From: Anaerolineales bacterium
Lineage (GTDB): Bacteria > Chloroflexota > Anaerolineae > Anaerolineales > UBA11579
Reading direction: 5' to 3'
DNA length: 64,000 nucleotides
Assembly: GCA_963675375.2 (NCBI GenBank)
Contig: OY776212.2
Span: forward strand, 3,152,567-3,216,566
The notes under the pieces are model-generated. The model was not told the DNA's origin. It did not search any database and worked only from the letters and a program-made list of their open reading frames with translations. The position numbers and the translations under genes are program-made. Shown piece after piece: positions 51,439-60,848 of this stretch; positions within the stretch are counted from its first letter, which is position 1, and each line of letters starts with the position of its first letter.

Positions 51439-52356
51439 ATGGCTGTTGCATCAAAGACAACGCAAACAGGTGAATTAAAGTGGTGGAAGAAACGCAAATT
51501 CCAACAATATTTAATCGCCTTTCTATTTGTGCTCCCTGCACTCATCAATTTTTCCATTTTTCGGTATTACCCAATCATCTGGTCTGCTCGCGCCAGTTTT
51601 TGGGATTACAGCTTACTGGGGGGATTTAAAGAAAATGTGGGTTGGGATAACTACATCCGCATGTTCCAAGACCAATACTTTTGGCAAAGCCTGTGGGTCA
51701 CCGTCAAATTTTTCATCATGTATGTCCCCCCCACCGTCGCGCTTGCCCTTGCTTTAGCAGTCTTCTCTAACCAAAAGAAACCCGGGATGGGCGCTATTCG
51801 GGCAATCATCTTTATTCCAGTCGTCACCTCCTTTGTAGTTGTTTCTATCTTGTGGGGCATGCTCTTGAATAAAGATGTTGGTCTGATCAACAGCGTGTTA
51901 CAAACCCTTGGCATAGGCAGAATTTCATTCCTGTTAGACAAGGAAAATGCGCTCCCCACCATTGCCCTCATCTCAATATGGAAGAATGTGGGTTACAGCA
52001 TGATTATCCTGGTAGCCGGCCTAAAAGGGGTCCCCGGAGAGCTGTACGATGCCGCCACAGTGGACGGCGCTAACTCCTGGAATCGCTTTATCCATGTCAC
52101 CCTTCCCATGATCCGCCGGCAGTTGATGTTTGTGATCGTTTGGGCTTCGTTGGGTGCTTTCCAGGTATTTATTCCGGTTTATTCCCTCACCAATGGCGGC
52201 CCGCGGCGTGCAACCAATGTGATCGTCTATTACATTTACAATAAGGCCTTCAAATTTGGCGAGATGGGATATGCCTCTGCCCTCTCAATTGCTTTGTTGG
52301 TGATCTTATTATTGATCAGCGTGGTTCAAATGAAACTGCTGCAGCGAGATTATTAA
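51439..52356 (+). CDS. ABC sugar transporter permease (MalF/BPD_transp_1 type)
   Basis: Start trimmed to MAVASKTTQ (ATG 6 nt after GAAGGAG). EAA-like motif DAATVDGANSWNRFIHVTLPMI. Confidence 0.75.
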   Translation: MAVASKTTQTGELKWWKKRKFQQYLIAFLFVLPALINFSIFRYYPIIWSARASFWDYSLLGGFKENVGWDNYIRMFQDQYFWQSLWVTVKFFIMYVPPTVALALALAVFSNQKKPGMGAIRAIIFIPVVTSFVVVSILWGMLLNKDVGLINSVLQTLGIGRISFLLDKENALPTIALISIWKNVGYSMIILVAGLKGVPGELYDAATVDGANSWNRFIHVTLPMIRRQLMFVIVWASLGAFQVFIPVYSLTNGGPRRATNVIVYYIYNKAFKFGEMGYASALSIALLVILLLISVVQMKLLQRDY

Positions 52357-52359
52357 CCA

Positions 52360-53298
52360 ATGGAGGATCCCATGACAACCAAAACCCAACTCGATTATGA
52401 ACAACAAGTAGTCAAGTATCAACGAGAAGCCTTGATTAAAAAAATTGGTTCAGGAATCTTCACAGCCATTTGCTATATCATCATTATCATCGTTTTCATC
52501 ACACCTTTCCTCTATGTGATCGGCAACAGTGTCCGCAACTCACAGGAAATCTGGGCAAACGCTTTTCCTATATCCTGGCGAACATTTATCCCCTACGAGG
52601 GCGTCACACTAGAGAATTTTGCCAAGTCTTTAGGCTTCGGTGATGTTGCCAAAGGATTAAGCTACGACATCAGTCGTAACCTATGGATTTCTCTGGCGTC
52701 CTCCATATGCGTGGTCAGTTTATCGCTCGTCTTCAACACCAGTGCGGCCTACTTCTTTGGGCGTCTTAATTTCCCCGGCAAAAGATTCCTCCTGGTCTTT
52801 GTAGTTGCAACCATGATGGTGCCGCAGCAGGTGGTGCTGGTTCCCTTGTATATTGTCGTCAACCAGATAGGGCTGATCAACTCGTTTTGGGCGCTGGTTG
52901 TGCCCTGGTATGCCAGTCCGTTCATTATCTTCCTGCTCACGCAATTTATGGCAGACCTGCCCATCGAATTTGATGAGGCAGCCGTGATTGACGGGGCTAA
53001 TTTGTGGCAAATCCTTTGGAAAGTGGTCATCCCCAATACCATTCCCGGCCTCATCACCGTCTCCCTGATGGAGTTCCAGTTCATTTGGAATGAATTCTAT
53101 TGGCCGTTGATTGCCATCAGCGATAACAAACTCTACCCCGTGCAGGTGGCAGTCGCGTCTCAGTTTACAGAAAGTGGCCCCAACTGGGGCGTCGTATTCG
53201 CTGCCATGGCCCTTGCCTCTGCGCCTGTAATTATCCTCTTCCTCTTCCTCCAGCGATACTTCTACGAAAGTGTTGCCATGTCCGGGATCAAAGGTTAA
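52360..53298 (+). CDS. ABC sugar transporter permease (MalG type)
   Basis: 312 aa. EAA motif DEAAVIDGANLWQILWKVVIPNTIPG. Confidence 0.75.
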   Translation: MEDPMTTKTQLDYEQQVVKYQREALIKKIGSGIFTAICYIIIIIVFITPFLYVIGNSVRNSQEIWANAFPISWRTFIPYEGVTLENFAKSLGFGDVAKGLSYDISRNLWISLASSICVVSLSLVFNTSAAYFFGRLNFPGKRFLLVFVVATMMVPQQVVLVPLYIVVNQIGLINSFWALVVPWYASPFIIFLLTQFMADLPIEFDEAAVIDGANLWQILWKVVIPNTIPGLITVSLMEFQFIWNEFYWPLIAISDNKLYPVQVAVASQFTESGPNWGVVFAAMALASAPVIILFLFLQRYFYESVAMSGIKG

Positions 53299-53307
53299 GC
53301 TGCAATC

Positions 53308-54129
53308 ATGGAGACCCTACACGCCAACCCGCGTTTTTCCGAAAAGAATATTCTTATTACTGGCGCTGCCAGCGGTATTGGCAAAGCCGCCGCATTACGC
53401 TTTTCGCAAGAGGGCGGCCGTGTGGTCATTGCCGATAAAAACATCCCTGCCGCAGAACAAGTCGCGTCTCAAATAAACAAACAATTCGGATATGACCCGC
53501 TGGTAATTTACGTAGATGTGCAGGATGCTGACTCTACCCAACAAATGGTTGATACCGCCATTCAATTCTTTGGCGATTTAAATGTAGTCTTTGCCAATGC
53601 CGGAATCGGTGGCGGTGATCTGGCGCAAGATATGTCCCCGCAGCTATGGGATAAAGTCATCCAGACCAATCTCTCCGGCATTTTCTATACCTGCAAATAT
53701 GCCATTCCCAACCTGATCAAACAGCCAGGCAACGCCATTGTCACCATGGGGTCTTCCATGGCTGGTTGGGATACAAGCCTGACCGGTGCAGCATACATGG
53801 CAAGCAAAGCCGGCGTTACCGGTCTGACCAAAAGCCTGGCCCTACAGCTTGCCCGCTATGGGGTACGCGTCAACAGCATTTGCCCCGGCATTATCCGCAC
53901 CGCTTTGAGTGGACGGGCAGACCAGTATCCAGAATTTGCCCAGAAAATACCATTGCGCCAAGTGGGCGAAGCCGAGGATGTTGCAGCAGCAGTTGCTTTC
54001 CTGGCTTCTGAGGACGCCCGGCATATTACCGGTTCCATGCTGTTAATTGACGGTGGTCAAACATTGCAAAGCTGGAGCAACGCCCCGCAGGGCAGTTTCC
54101 CCCTTGAATATGATCTTAATTTACTCTAA
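53308..54129 (+). CDS. Short-chain dehydrogenase/reductase (SDR)
   Basis: 273 aa. TGAASGIGKA cofactor motif, NAG, YMASK catalytic motif. Confidence 0.8.
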   Translation: METLHANPRFSEKNILITGAASGIGKAAALRFSQEGGRVVIADKNIPAAEQVASQINKQFGYDPLVIYVDVQDADSTQQMVDTAIQFFGDLNVVFANAGIGGGDLAQDMSPQLWDKVIQTNLSGIFYTCKYAIPNLIKQPGNAIVTMGSSMAGWDTSLTGAAYMASKAGVTGLTKSLALQLARYGVRVNSICPGIIRTALSGRADQYPEFAQKIPLRQVGEAEDVAAAVAFLASEDARHITGSMLLIDGGQTLQSWSNAPQGSFPLEYDLNLL

Positions 54130-54140
54130 AGGAGTTTGAT

Positions 54141-54947
54141 GTGAGTATGTTTAAAAATTTAGGAAATCGAAAATTGGTGATCGGGTTGATCCATTTGATC
54201 CCCCTGCCAGGCACCCCGCTGTACGAAGAAGGCAATTTTGAGATTGCCCTGGACAAAGCGATAAAAGATGCCCAGGCTTTACATCAGGGTGGCGCAGATG
54301 GCTGCCTGGTGCAAACCGTAGACCGTATCTATCCTTCAGGGGACGACGCTGATTATGCGCGCGTTTCTGCCATGGCAGTCATCACGCATGAAGTTCGCAA
54401 AGCCACCAGCCCAGACTTTCTGGTCGGTGCTCAAATCATGTGGAATTGCATTACACCTTCTCTTGGTGTTGCCAAAGCCACTGGGGCGCAGTTCACCCGC
54501 GCCACTGCTTTAACCGGCACCACCACTTCCCCCTTTGGGTTAATCGATGCGAATCCGCACAAAGTTGGCATCTACCGCCGCCAGATTGGGGCGCAGGATA
54601 TTGCCATTGTCGCCGAGATCCACGGCTATCACTTCAAAGGCTTCGGCACCGAAGAAATGTCTATCCCAATGAAGGCCCGCATGGCAATCAATGCGGGCGG
54701 TGATGCAGTCGAGATCATGGATGCAGATGAAGAAGCAAATAACCGCATGGTACACGACATTAAATCGGCTTTCCCCAATATCCCCGTGATCTTGGGCGGC
54801 AAGACCGATTTAGAAAATGTCACCCGGCGGATGAAAGAGGCCAATGGCGCTTTTGTTGGTTCTGTCTTTGAAAAAGGCGAATGGGGCAAATCAATTGACC
54901 CACAGATTGTAAAGGAATATGTAGGCCTCGTACGGTCTATTGAATAA
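54141..54947 (+). CDS. BtpA/SgcQ-family TIM-barrel protein
   Basis: 268 aa. N-terminal VIGLIHLIPLPGTPLY is characteristic of the BtpA/SgcQ family. GTG start 6 nt after AAAGGAG. Confidence 0.6.
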   Translation: MSMFKNLGNRKLVIGLIHLIPLPGTPLYEEGNFEIALDKAIKDAQALHQGGADGCLVQTVDRIYPSGDDADYARVSAMAVITHEVRKATSPDFLVGAQIMWNCITPSLGVAKATGAQFTRATALTGTTTSPFGLIDANPHKVGIYRRQIGAQDIAIVAEIHGYHFKGFGTEEMSIPMKARMAINAGGDAVEIMDADEEANNRMVHDIKSAFPNIPVILGGKTDLENVTRRMKEANGAFVGSVFEKGEWGKSIDPQIVKEYVGLVRSIE

Positions 54948-54986
54948 ATCAGCAACCATATAGATTACAGATTAGGAGAAGTATTC

Positions 54987-56117
54987 ATGGAAAGAGATAT
55001 GCACCCCGAGCTGATCTTAGATCAAATGAAAACCCTGGGAGCTTTGCATCGCGAAAGCTTTACCGAAATAGACCACAGTGTAAGAACTGCCCTCTCCGCC
55101 TTAGATTTCGAATCCCTTCACCGCGTATATGCGTTTGGAGACGGCGACTCCTACCACGCCGCCCTTTCTACCGAAATGGCCTTTAGCGAGTTTGCTCAGA
55201 TCATGTATCGCCCCCTCTCGGCGATGCGTTTTTTGGATTATGGCGCGGACTATATCCCCGTAAATTTCCCACGCGACACCCTGACCGTTGGCATCTCTGC
55301 TTCGGGTGGCACCACCCGCGTTGCACAAGGTTTAGAACGCGCAAAAGACAAGAGCGACAAGATCACAACCGCAGCCCTAGTTGGCAATGTCGGTTCTAAG
55401 GTGGCTTTTGCCGCCGATGTCGTATTTTCAGCAGAAATTCCCGAACTAGGCCGTTCTCCGGGAATCCGCTCGTATGTCGCTTCCTTGATGGGTTTGTACA
55501 GTTTGGCTATCCGCATCGGTGAGATCAAACGTAAATATTCACAGGACGATGCCAACGCACTGCGCCAAGAAATTGTAGACCTGGCCGATGTCGTGGAAGC
55601 CACCTATGAAGCCAGCCACACCACCTCCGAGGAAATTGCCAAAGTCGTCAAAGATACTCCTTTCATTTCCTATGCCGGGTCTGGCCCCAGCTTTGGTACC
55701 GCCAGCTTCTCTGGCGCTAAGGTAGTCGAATCGGCCGGTATTTTTGCAGTCCCCGCAGACCTGGAGGAATGGGCGCATGTCGAGCGATTCGCCTACCCAT
55801 TAGACTATCCGGTCTTTATTATTGCACCTCCTGGCAAAGGGTATTGGCGGGCAGCGCACCTGGCAGAAGGCGTCAAACAGCTTGGGCACTATCTGGTTGC
55901 GGTGGTAGAAGAAGGCGATGAAGAAGTTGCCAAACACGCCGATGCAGTCCTCCCCATCAAAGGCAAAGTGCGCGAGGTATTCTCCCCCTTACTGTATTAC
56001 GTCGCAGGCACCACCTTTGCTTACTATCTCACCAAGCAGGTAGGACGATCGATGTTTATGACCGACAATGACAAAATTATGAAAATGCGCGAAGAAATGA
56101 TGAGGCAGATTCGATAA
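54987..56117 (+). CDS. Double-SIS-domain sugar-phosphate isomerase/deglycase-like protein (FrlB/GlmS-C-terminal-like)
   Basis: 376 aa. SIS motif VGISASGGTTR and a second SIS-like half (SYAGSGPSFGTASF). Confidence 0.6.
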   Translation: MERDMHPELILDQMKTLGALHRESFTEIDHSVRTALSALDFESLHRVYAFGDGDSYHAALSTEMAFSEFAQIMYRPLSAMRFLDYGADYIPVNFPRDTLTVGISASGGTTRVAQGLERAKDKSDKITTAALVGNVGSKVAFAADVVFSAEIPELGRSPGIRSYVASLMGLYSLAIRIGEIKRKYSQDDANALRQEIVDLADVVEATYEASHTTSEEIAKVVKDTPFISYAGSGPSFGTASFSGAKVVESAGIFAVPADLEEWAHVERFAYPLDYPVFIIAPPGKGYWRAAHLAEGVKQLGHYLVAVVEEGDEEVAKHADAVLPIKGKVREVFSPLLYYVAGTTFAYYLTKQVGRSMFMTDNDKIMKMREEMMRQIR

Positions 56118-56530
56118 TGGCACACTTCAAAAAGATCGGGTTAAAAACAACCAAGATACAAGAATGGATCAACCTGCTAGATGAGATCAAAGATTTTGTC
56201 AGCGAGAGCGGCGTGCAAGAAGGCATTTGCCTGGTCTACAACCCACATTCCACCGCGGCGCTGTTCAACAACTCTTATCTCGACCCCCAAACGCCCGAAG
56301 ACATCATGTTTGAGTGGAACCGCTTGATCCCCACCCGCTTCGACTTCTTCCATCAATTCGACACCCCGACAGACGCAGCCGGGCATGTCAAATCCGTGTT
56401 AATGGGCAGCAGCTGCACCGTCATCATTCACGAAGGAGAACTGATGGTGGGTCACTCGCAGGGCATAGTGTTTGCCGAGTTTGACGGCCCGCGCCAACGG
56501 GAAGTTTATCTAAAAATTCTCGAAGGCTAA
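56117..56530 (+). CDS. YjbQ/UPF0047-family protein
   Basis: 137 aa. HSTAALFNN...DAAGHVKSVLMGSS...G.SQGIVFAEFDGPRQR matches the YjbQ signature. Confidence 0.7.
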   Translation: MAHFKKIGLKTTKIQEWINLLDEIKDFVSESGVQEGICLVYNPHSTAALFNNSYLDPQTPEDIMFEWNRLIPTRFDFFHQFDTPTDAAGHVKSVLMGSSCTVIIHEGELMVGHSQGIVFAEFDGPRQREVYLKILEG

Positions 56531-56543
56531 TGCAAGAAAACTG

Positions 56544-56584
56544 ATCCCAATGAGGAGTAGACTTATCGTTCTCCTCATTGGGAT
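56544..56584 (+). other. Perfect 14-bp stem-loop between yjbQ-like and kinase genes
   Basis: ATCCCAATGAGGAG - 13 nt - CTCCTCATTGGGAT. No T-tract follows. Confidence 0.5.
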
Positions 56585-56670
56585 TGCGTGGAATTGATCC
56601 GCTGACAAACTGTATTCGCTCTCATACTTTGATCGGTCAGATTCACTTAGACAAAAGGATGAACTATTCA

Positions 56671-57612
56671 ATGGTCGACTACGTAGTGTATGGCAAGATT
56701 ATCATCGACGATATCCGCTTGAAGAGTGGGGAAATCGTCAAGAATCAATTGGGCGGCGGCGGGCCGCAAGGTGCTTTTGGCGCTCATTTATGGGATCCCT
56801 CGGTGGGGCTTCTCAGCCGTTCTGGAACGGACATTAACCCCGAACCCAAACAAGCCTTAGAATCAATCGGAATTGATCTGGCCGGGTGGGTGCAGTATGC
56901 GGATTTACCAACGGCACATGGCTTAATGGCCTACGATGAAAATGAGTATATGATTGGCAGCATTGACTTCGAGAAACGTAAAGAAGACTTTATGCGCAAC
57001 ATGGGTGAAATGCTGGCACGGGAACTTCCCATCCCACCCAGCTACCAATCCCCCAAGGTGATTCACTTGATCACCGAATTTACGCAAGAGCCGATGGCAA
57101 AAACTGCCTTGCAGATGAAGAAAGAGCAAGGCACGATTTATTCGCTGGAACCGATCATCGACTGGCACAGTTGGAACAACCGGGAAGAAATGATTGACTA
57201 CTTCCCACAGGTGGACATTGTCACCCCAGATTGGCCTTCTGCCAGCGGGATGGCTGGCTCTGAATCTCCCCTGGAAGTGCTCAAATATTGGTCTAAGCTG
57301 GGTGCATCTGTCGTTTCTGTGCGCCATGGCGCCAATGGCTCCTATGTCTGGGACGCCAAACACGATCAGATGTGGCATATCCCCATCGCAAAAGTAGAAA
57401 CCGTAGACCCCACCGGCTGCGGCAACAGCTACGGCGGCGGCTTCATGGTAGGTTGGGCCAAGCACCAGGATTCACGCATTGCCGGTGCTGCCGGTACGGT
57501 TTCAGCCTCCTATCTGGCGAAAATGGTCGGTGTGCCTGCCGTGACAGATGCCCTCCGCGAAGAAGCCCAGGCCATCCTTGACCAATTGCTGGATCACATT
57601 GAACCTCTATAA
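56671..57612 (+). CDS. PfkB-family carbohydrate kinase (FrlD/ribokinase-like)
   Basis: Start trimmed to MVDYVVYGKIIIDD; the track start at 56578 lies inside the hairpin. C-terminal DPTGCGNSYGGGFMVGW corresponds to the PfkB DTxGAGD motif. Confidence 0.65.
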   Translation: MVDYVVYGKIIIDDIRLKSGEIVKNQLGGGGPQGAFGAHLWDPSVGLLSRSGTDINPEPKQALESIGIDLAGWVQYADLPTAHGLMAYDENEYMIGSIDFEKRKEDFMRNMGEMLARELPIPPSYQSPKVIHLITEFTQEPMAKTALQMKKEQGTIYSLEPIIDWHSWNNREEMIDYFPQVDIVTPDWPSASGMAGSESPLEVLKYWSKLGASVVSVRHGANGSYVWDAKHDQMWHIPIAKVETVDPTGCGNSYGGGFMVGWAKHQDSRIAGAAGTVSASYLAKMVGVPAVTDALREEAQAILDQLLDHIEPL

Positions 57613-57715
57613 AAAGATAGAGAAAAAGTTAACATTTTCGTTATTCCAAGCTTCGCTTGGTCATATCAAGCAGTCTCCGCCACAGCATATCCGTTGAGCT
57701 GATAGGAACCCTTTA

Positions 57716-58675
57716 ATGATTGTTACCAAAGACTTGACCAAAAAGTTTGGCAAATTTACCGCTGTCGACCGCCTTAATCTGAACATTGCCAAAGGTGAAA
57801 GCTACGGCTTCCTTGGCCCCAATGGCGCAGGAAAAACCACCACCCTATTAATGCTGCTTGGTATCCTCCATCCCACTTCTGGCGAAGTCTTTATTGATGG
57901 TCAGCAAGTAAGCAGCGCATCATTTGATCTCAAACGCAAGATCGGCGTGGTGGCAGAATACCAAACTTTTTACGAGAACATGACAGCCTGGGAATATGTC
58001 GCCTTCTTTGCCAGACTGTACCAGGTCGCAAATGTAGAAGAACGCGCAGCAGACCTGTTCGACCGTCTAAAACTCACCGAGTGGCAAAACACACTCATTT
58101 CTGCGTACTCAACCGGGATGAAGAAGAAGTTGGGTTTTATCCGCGCTCTGGTCCACTCGCCCGAAATCCTTATCCTGGACGAGCCTGTTTCCGGGTTAGA
58201 CCCCTTTGGCATCATCCAGGTGCGCAGCTTGTTGACCGAAGAAAAGCAGCGCGGCGTCACCCTGATTATCTCTTCCCACATCCTCTCAGAAGTGGAACAA
58301 ACCGCAGATAAAGTCGGCATCATTTCCCAAGGGAAATTGATCCTTGAAGATTCGATGGACAATCTGCGTGGAACCGTGGGCGAAGGGGACACCATCACCC
58401 TGAAAATCGCCAACCTATCTGCACAAGACATAGAAAACTTTTCCCGCCTGCCCTACGTCAAACAACTTACCCATGAAGGCGATCAGCTCACCCTGCATAC
58501 CCAGGCCGGGCAAGACTACCGCCCTCAGATTGGACAATTTTTGGTAGAGAATGGGTTGATCCCCTTAGAAATGAAACGGGCAGAAACCAGCCTGGAGGAG
58601 GCTTATATCACCATTTCCGAACGCAACTTAGAAACCCTGCAAGCCCAGCTTGGCAGCCAAGGGGGGGTGCGATGA
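57716..58675 (+). CDS. ABC transporter ATP-binding protein (ABC-2/DrrA-like)
   Basis: 319 aa. Walker A GPNGAGKTT, signature YSTGMKKKL, Walker B ILILDEP. Confidence 0.8.
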   Translation: MIVTKDLTKKFGKFTAVDRLNLNIAKGESYGFLGPNGAGKTTTLLMLLGILHPTSGEVFIDGQQVSSASFDLKRKIGVVAEYQTFYENMTAWEYVAFFARLYQVANVEERAADLFDRLKLTEWQNTLISAYSTGMKKKLGFIRALVHSPEILILDEPVSGLDPFGIIQVRSLLTEEKQRGVTLIISSHILSEVEQTADKVGIISQGKLILEDSMDNLRGTVGEGDTITLKIANLSAQDIENFSRLPYVKQLTHEGDQLTLHTQAGQDYRPQIGQFLVENGLIPLEMKRAETSLEEAYITISERNLETLQAQLGSQGGVR

Positions 58676-59517
58676 ATAGATCATCAAGCAGCGACCGCTG
58701 GCATGCCGTCAAAGTCATTCTAGATCGTGTCAGCCAGACCCGTTTTTGGGGTTGGGGCATCTTTATCACCCTTTCCGTTTCCCTGGCAATTTCATCCATC
58801 TTGTTGGTCAATGACCTGCGTTATACGGAAACCAATCAACTCTTGCTGGCAAAACAACCCTTCACCACTGCCATCCTGGTAAGTGTCATCCTCATCTCAC
58901 TTTATCTTGCCCTGACAGCCTCCCTAAATGTGGCCGGTGAATACAACAGCAATACGATTGAAATGCTCTTCTATGGCCCGGTGGATGAAGCTTCCTACAT
59001 GCTGGGGAATTTCCTCGCCCAACTAAAAATTTTTGTGCTTTCTCTAGCCGCCGTTTTAGTCTGGATGAACCTCAGTATTTGGCTGCTCAACCTGGAATTT
59101 CGCCTGGATATGTTTGCCATGCTGCTTGCCGCTGTGTTCATGTGCGCTCAGTTGGTAGCCTTTGGGCTGCTGCTCGCGGCTTGGGGTGGCAAACGCCGCA
59201 GCACCCTCGTGTATTTCCTCCTCGTGATCTTGTTGATCGGCGGTATCCAGGCGGCAGATCTGATCACTTCCACCCTGGTACAAATCCAGAATGCAACCGT
59301 CATCGACCCCTTGGTCATCACCCGCAATATACTTTCTGTCTCCAATCAAATCATTGCTTGGGTTTCTCCCTACGCGCAATTGAACAACGCCTATCAAGCC
59401 CTGCTCAACCATTCTACAGCCGGCTATATCGGCATGTTGGCTTTGATGCTGGCAGAAACCGGATTGATGCTCGGCGGCAGCATTTGGCTGCTGAAGAAAA
59501 AGGGGGTGCGGGGATGA
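58672..59517 (+). CDS. ABC-2-type transporter permease-like membrane protein
   Basis: 281 aa, about 6 helices, ATGA overlap with the ATPase gene. Confidence 0.55.
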   Translation: MNRSSSSDRWHAVKVILDRVSQTRFWGWGIFITLSVSLAISSILLVNDLRYTETNQLLLAKQPFTTAILVSVILISLYLALTASLNVAGEYNSNTIEMLFYGPVDEASYMLGNFLAQLKIFVLSLAAVLVWMNLSIWLLNLEFRLDMFAMLLAAVFMCAQLVAFGLLLAAWGGKRRSTLVYFLLVILLIGGIQAADLITSTLVQIQNATVIDPLVITRNILSVSNQIIAWVSPYAQLNNAYQALLNHSTAGYIGMLALMLAETGLMLGGSIWLLKKKGVRG

Positions 59518-60848
59518 ACAATACCTATACGCAACCTTTCACTCGATACCGGCGCATACTTGCTTTCCTCGTACTCCTCCCCCTGCTATTATGGGGCAGC
59601 CGTGCAAACGCGCAGGAAGAACTCAGCTTTGTCTATGGCACCAACCACTTTAATGGGGCCACCTTCTCAAGCACCTTTGTGCCTCCCTCTGTGGACACTT
59701 TTTATCTCATTGCAGACCACACCAACATGATCGCCAGCCGTTTTACCCAGGTGTACTATTGGCCGCTCACCAACGAAGAAAAAGCCAACTGGGATGAAGC
59801 CAATATTGTCGTCGAAGGCGAATTGGAAATTCTCCAGAACAATACCCTGCTGGACACCATTTCCCTCACCGATTATGTGATCCAATATGATGCGGTCGAT
59901 CACATCAACAGTTTGCAGCTTTATTTAGGGGACCAGGCAGGTGCAGCCCGTCAAAGTTTTGAAGACCTGCAAACCCAATACCGTGAAGACCTCTACCGTT
60001 ATTATGAGGAAATGAACGTCTACCGGGAAGAGTTTGCCGCCGCCCTGGAAGAATTAGCAGCAGGCACGATAACCGAAGACGAAATGCCCCAACCACCAGA
60101 CCCGCAGCAAGACCTGACCCTCTTTTCCACCAACTTGCTGGTGGGCTTCCCGCTCAACCTTCCTGAAGGCAGCTATCAAGTGCAGCTGCGTTTACCGGAC
60201 GGCACCATCCAACCTGACAGCCAGAAAAAGCTGGTAGTCTTCAGCCCCATTCAGGATGGGATTGGATACAATGTCTTTTCCCAAGAACGCTGGACGGCCC
60301 CAGAAGAATCGCTGGAAAGCAACGAAACAATTTACACCTTACCCGGCACAAAACTATACTTCGAGCCTTTTTACCAAATCCAGTTCAATGAGTTGTTTTA
60401 CACCCGGATGAACAATCCGCAGGATACCCAGGCGCGGCGAGACCGTAATATCTGGGTACCTTTCGATTACCTGCTAGACGCACAATTGGAAATAAAGACC
60501 GCCGGCCAATCCACGCAAAACATGGATGAACAAGCCTATTATGTGCGGCAAATTGCAGGCAGCGCTTTGGGGTATGAAATTGTGCTATATGATCCAGATA
60601 CCATCCAGGAAGCCACCTTCAGCGGATTTGAAGTCGAACTGGATACAGCCAAACTACAAATCGCCTTGGTCGACGAAGATGGCACCGCGCTCCCCTTCAG
60701 CCAACGGGAAATCCGCAGCCTAAACACACAAAATGCGCCTTGGGTCTATGTGCTCAGCAGCTTACCCCTCGCGGCAGGTTTGGCAGCCATACTTCTTCGC
60801 AAAAAATCGGTCAACAACAAAACGCGCTCGATGGATGTTACCAGATGA
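59514..60848 (+). CDS. Secreted, C-terminally anchored protein of unknown function
   Basis: Start set at the ATG overlapping the permease TGA (ATGA). Signal peptide ILAFLVLLPLLLWGSRANAQEE. C-terminal helix WVYVLSSLPLAAGLAAILL followed by RKK. No recognisable domain. Confidence 0.5.
   Translation: MNNTYTQPFTRYRRILAFLVLLPLLLWGSRANAQEELSFVYGTNHFNGATFSSTFVPPSVDTFYLIADHTNMIASRFTQVYYWPLTNEEKANWDEANIVVEGELEILQNNTLLDTISLTDYVIQYDAVDHINSLQLYLGDQAGAARQSFEDLQTQYREDLYRYYEEMNVYREEFAAALEELAAGTITEDEMPQPPDPQQDLTLFSTNLLVGFPLNLPEGSYQVQLRLPDGTIQPDSQKKLVVFSPIQDGIGYNVFSQERWTAPEESLESNETIYTLPGTKLYFEPFYQIQFNELFYTRMNNPQDTQARRDRNIWVPFDYLLDAQLEIKTAGQSTQNMDEQAYYVRQIAGSALGYEIVLYDPDTIQEATFSGFEVELDTAKLQIALVDEDGTALPFSQREIRSLNTQNAPWVYVLSSLPLAAGLAAILLRKKSVNNKTRSMDVTR

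Noticed and set aside
56578-56670. Track start of the PfkB kinase ORF at 56578
   Set aside because: It lies inside the right arm of the 14-bp hairpin and adds a non-conserved-looking 31 residues. The internal start MVDYVVYGK matches the usual PfkB N-terminus.
59079-59513. N-terminal 145 codons of the 589-aa track ORF (59079-60848)
   Set aside because: This part overlaps the ABC-2 permease in another frame and is Arg/Pro/Gly-rich. The ATG at 59514 overlaps the permease stop (ATGA) and is followed by a proper signal peptide.
60740-60844. N-terminal 35 codons of the 362-aa track ORF for the first EamA gene
   Set aside because: They overlap the end of the preceding gene. The ATG at 60845 gives an ATGA overlap and starts directly at the first transmembrane helix.
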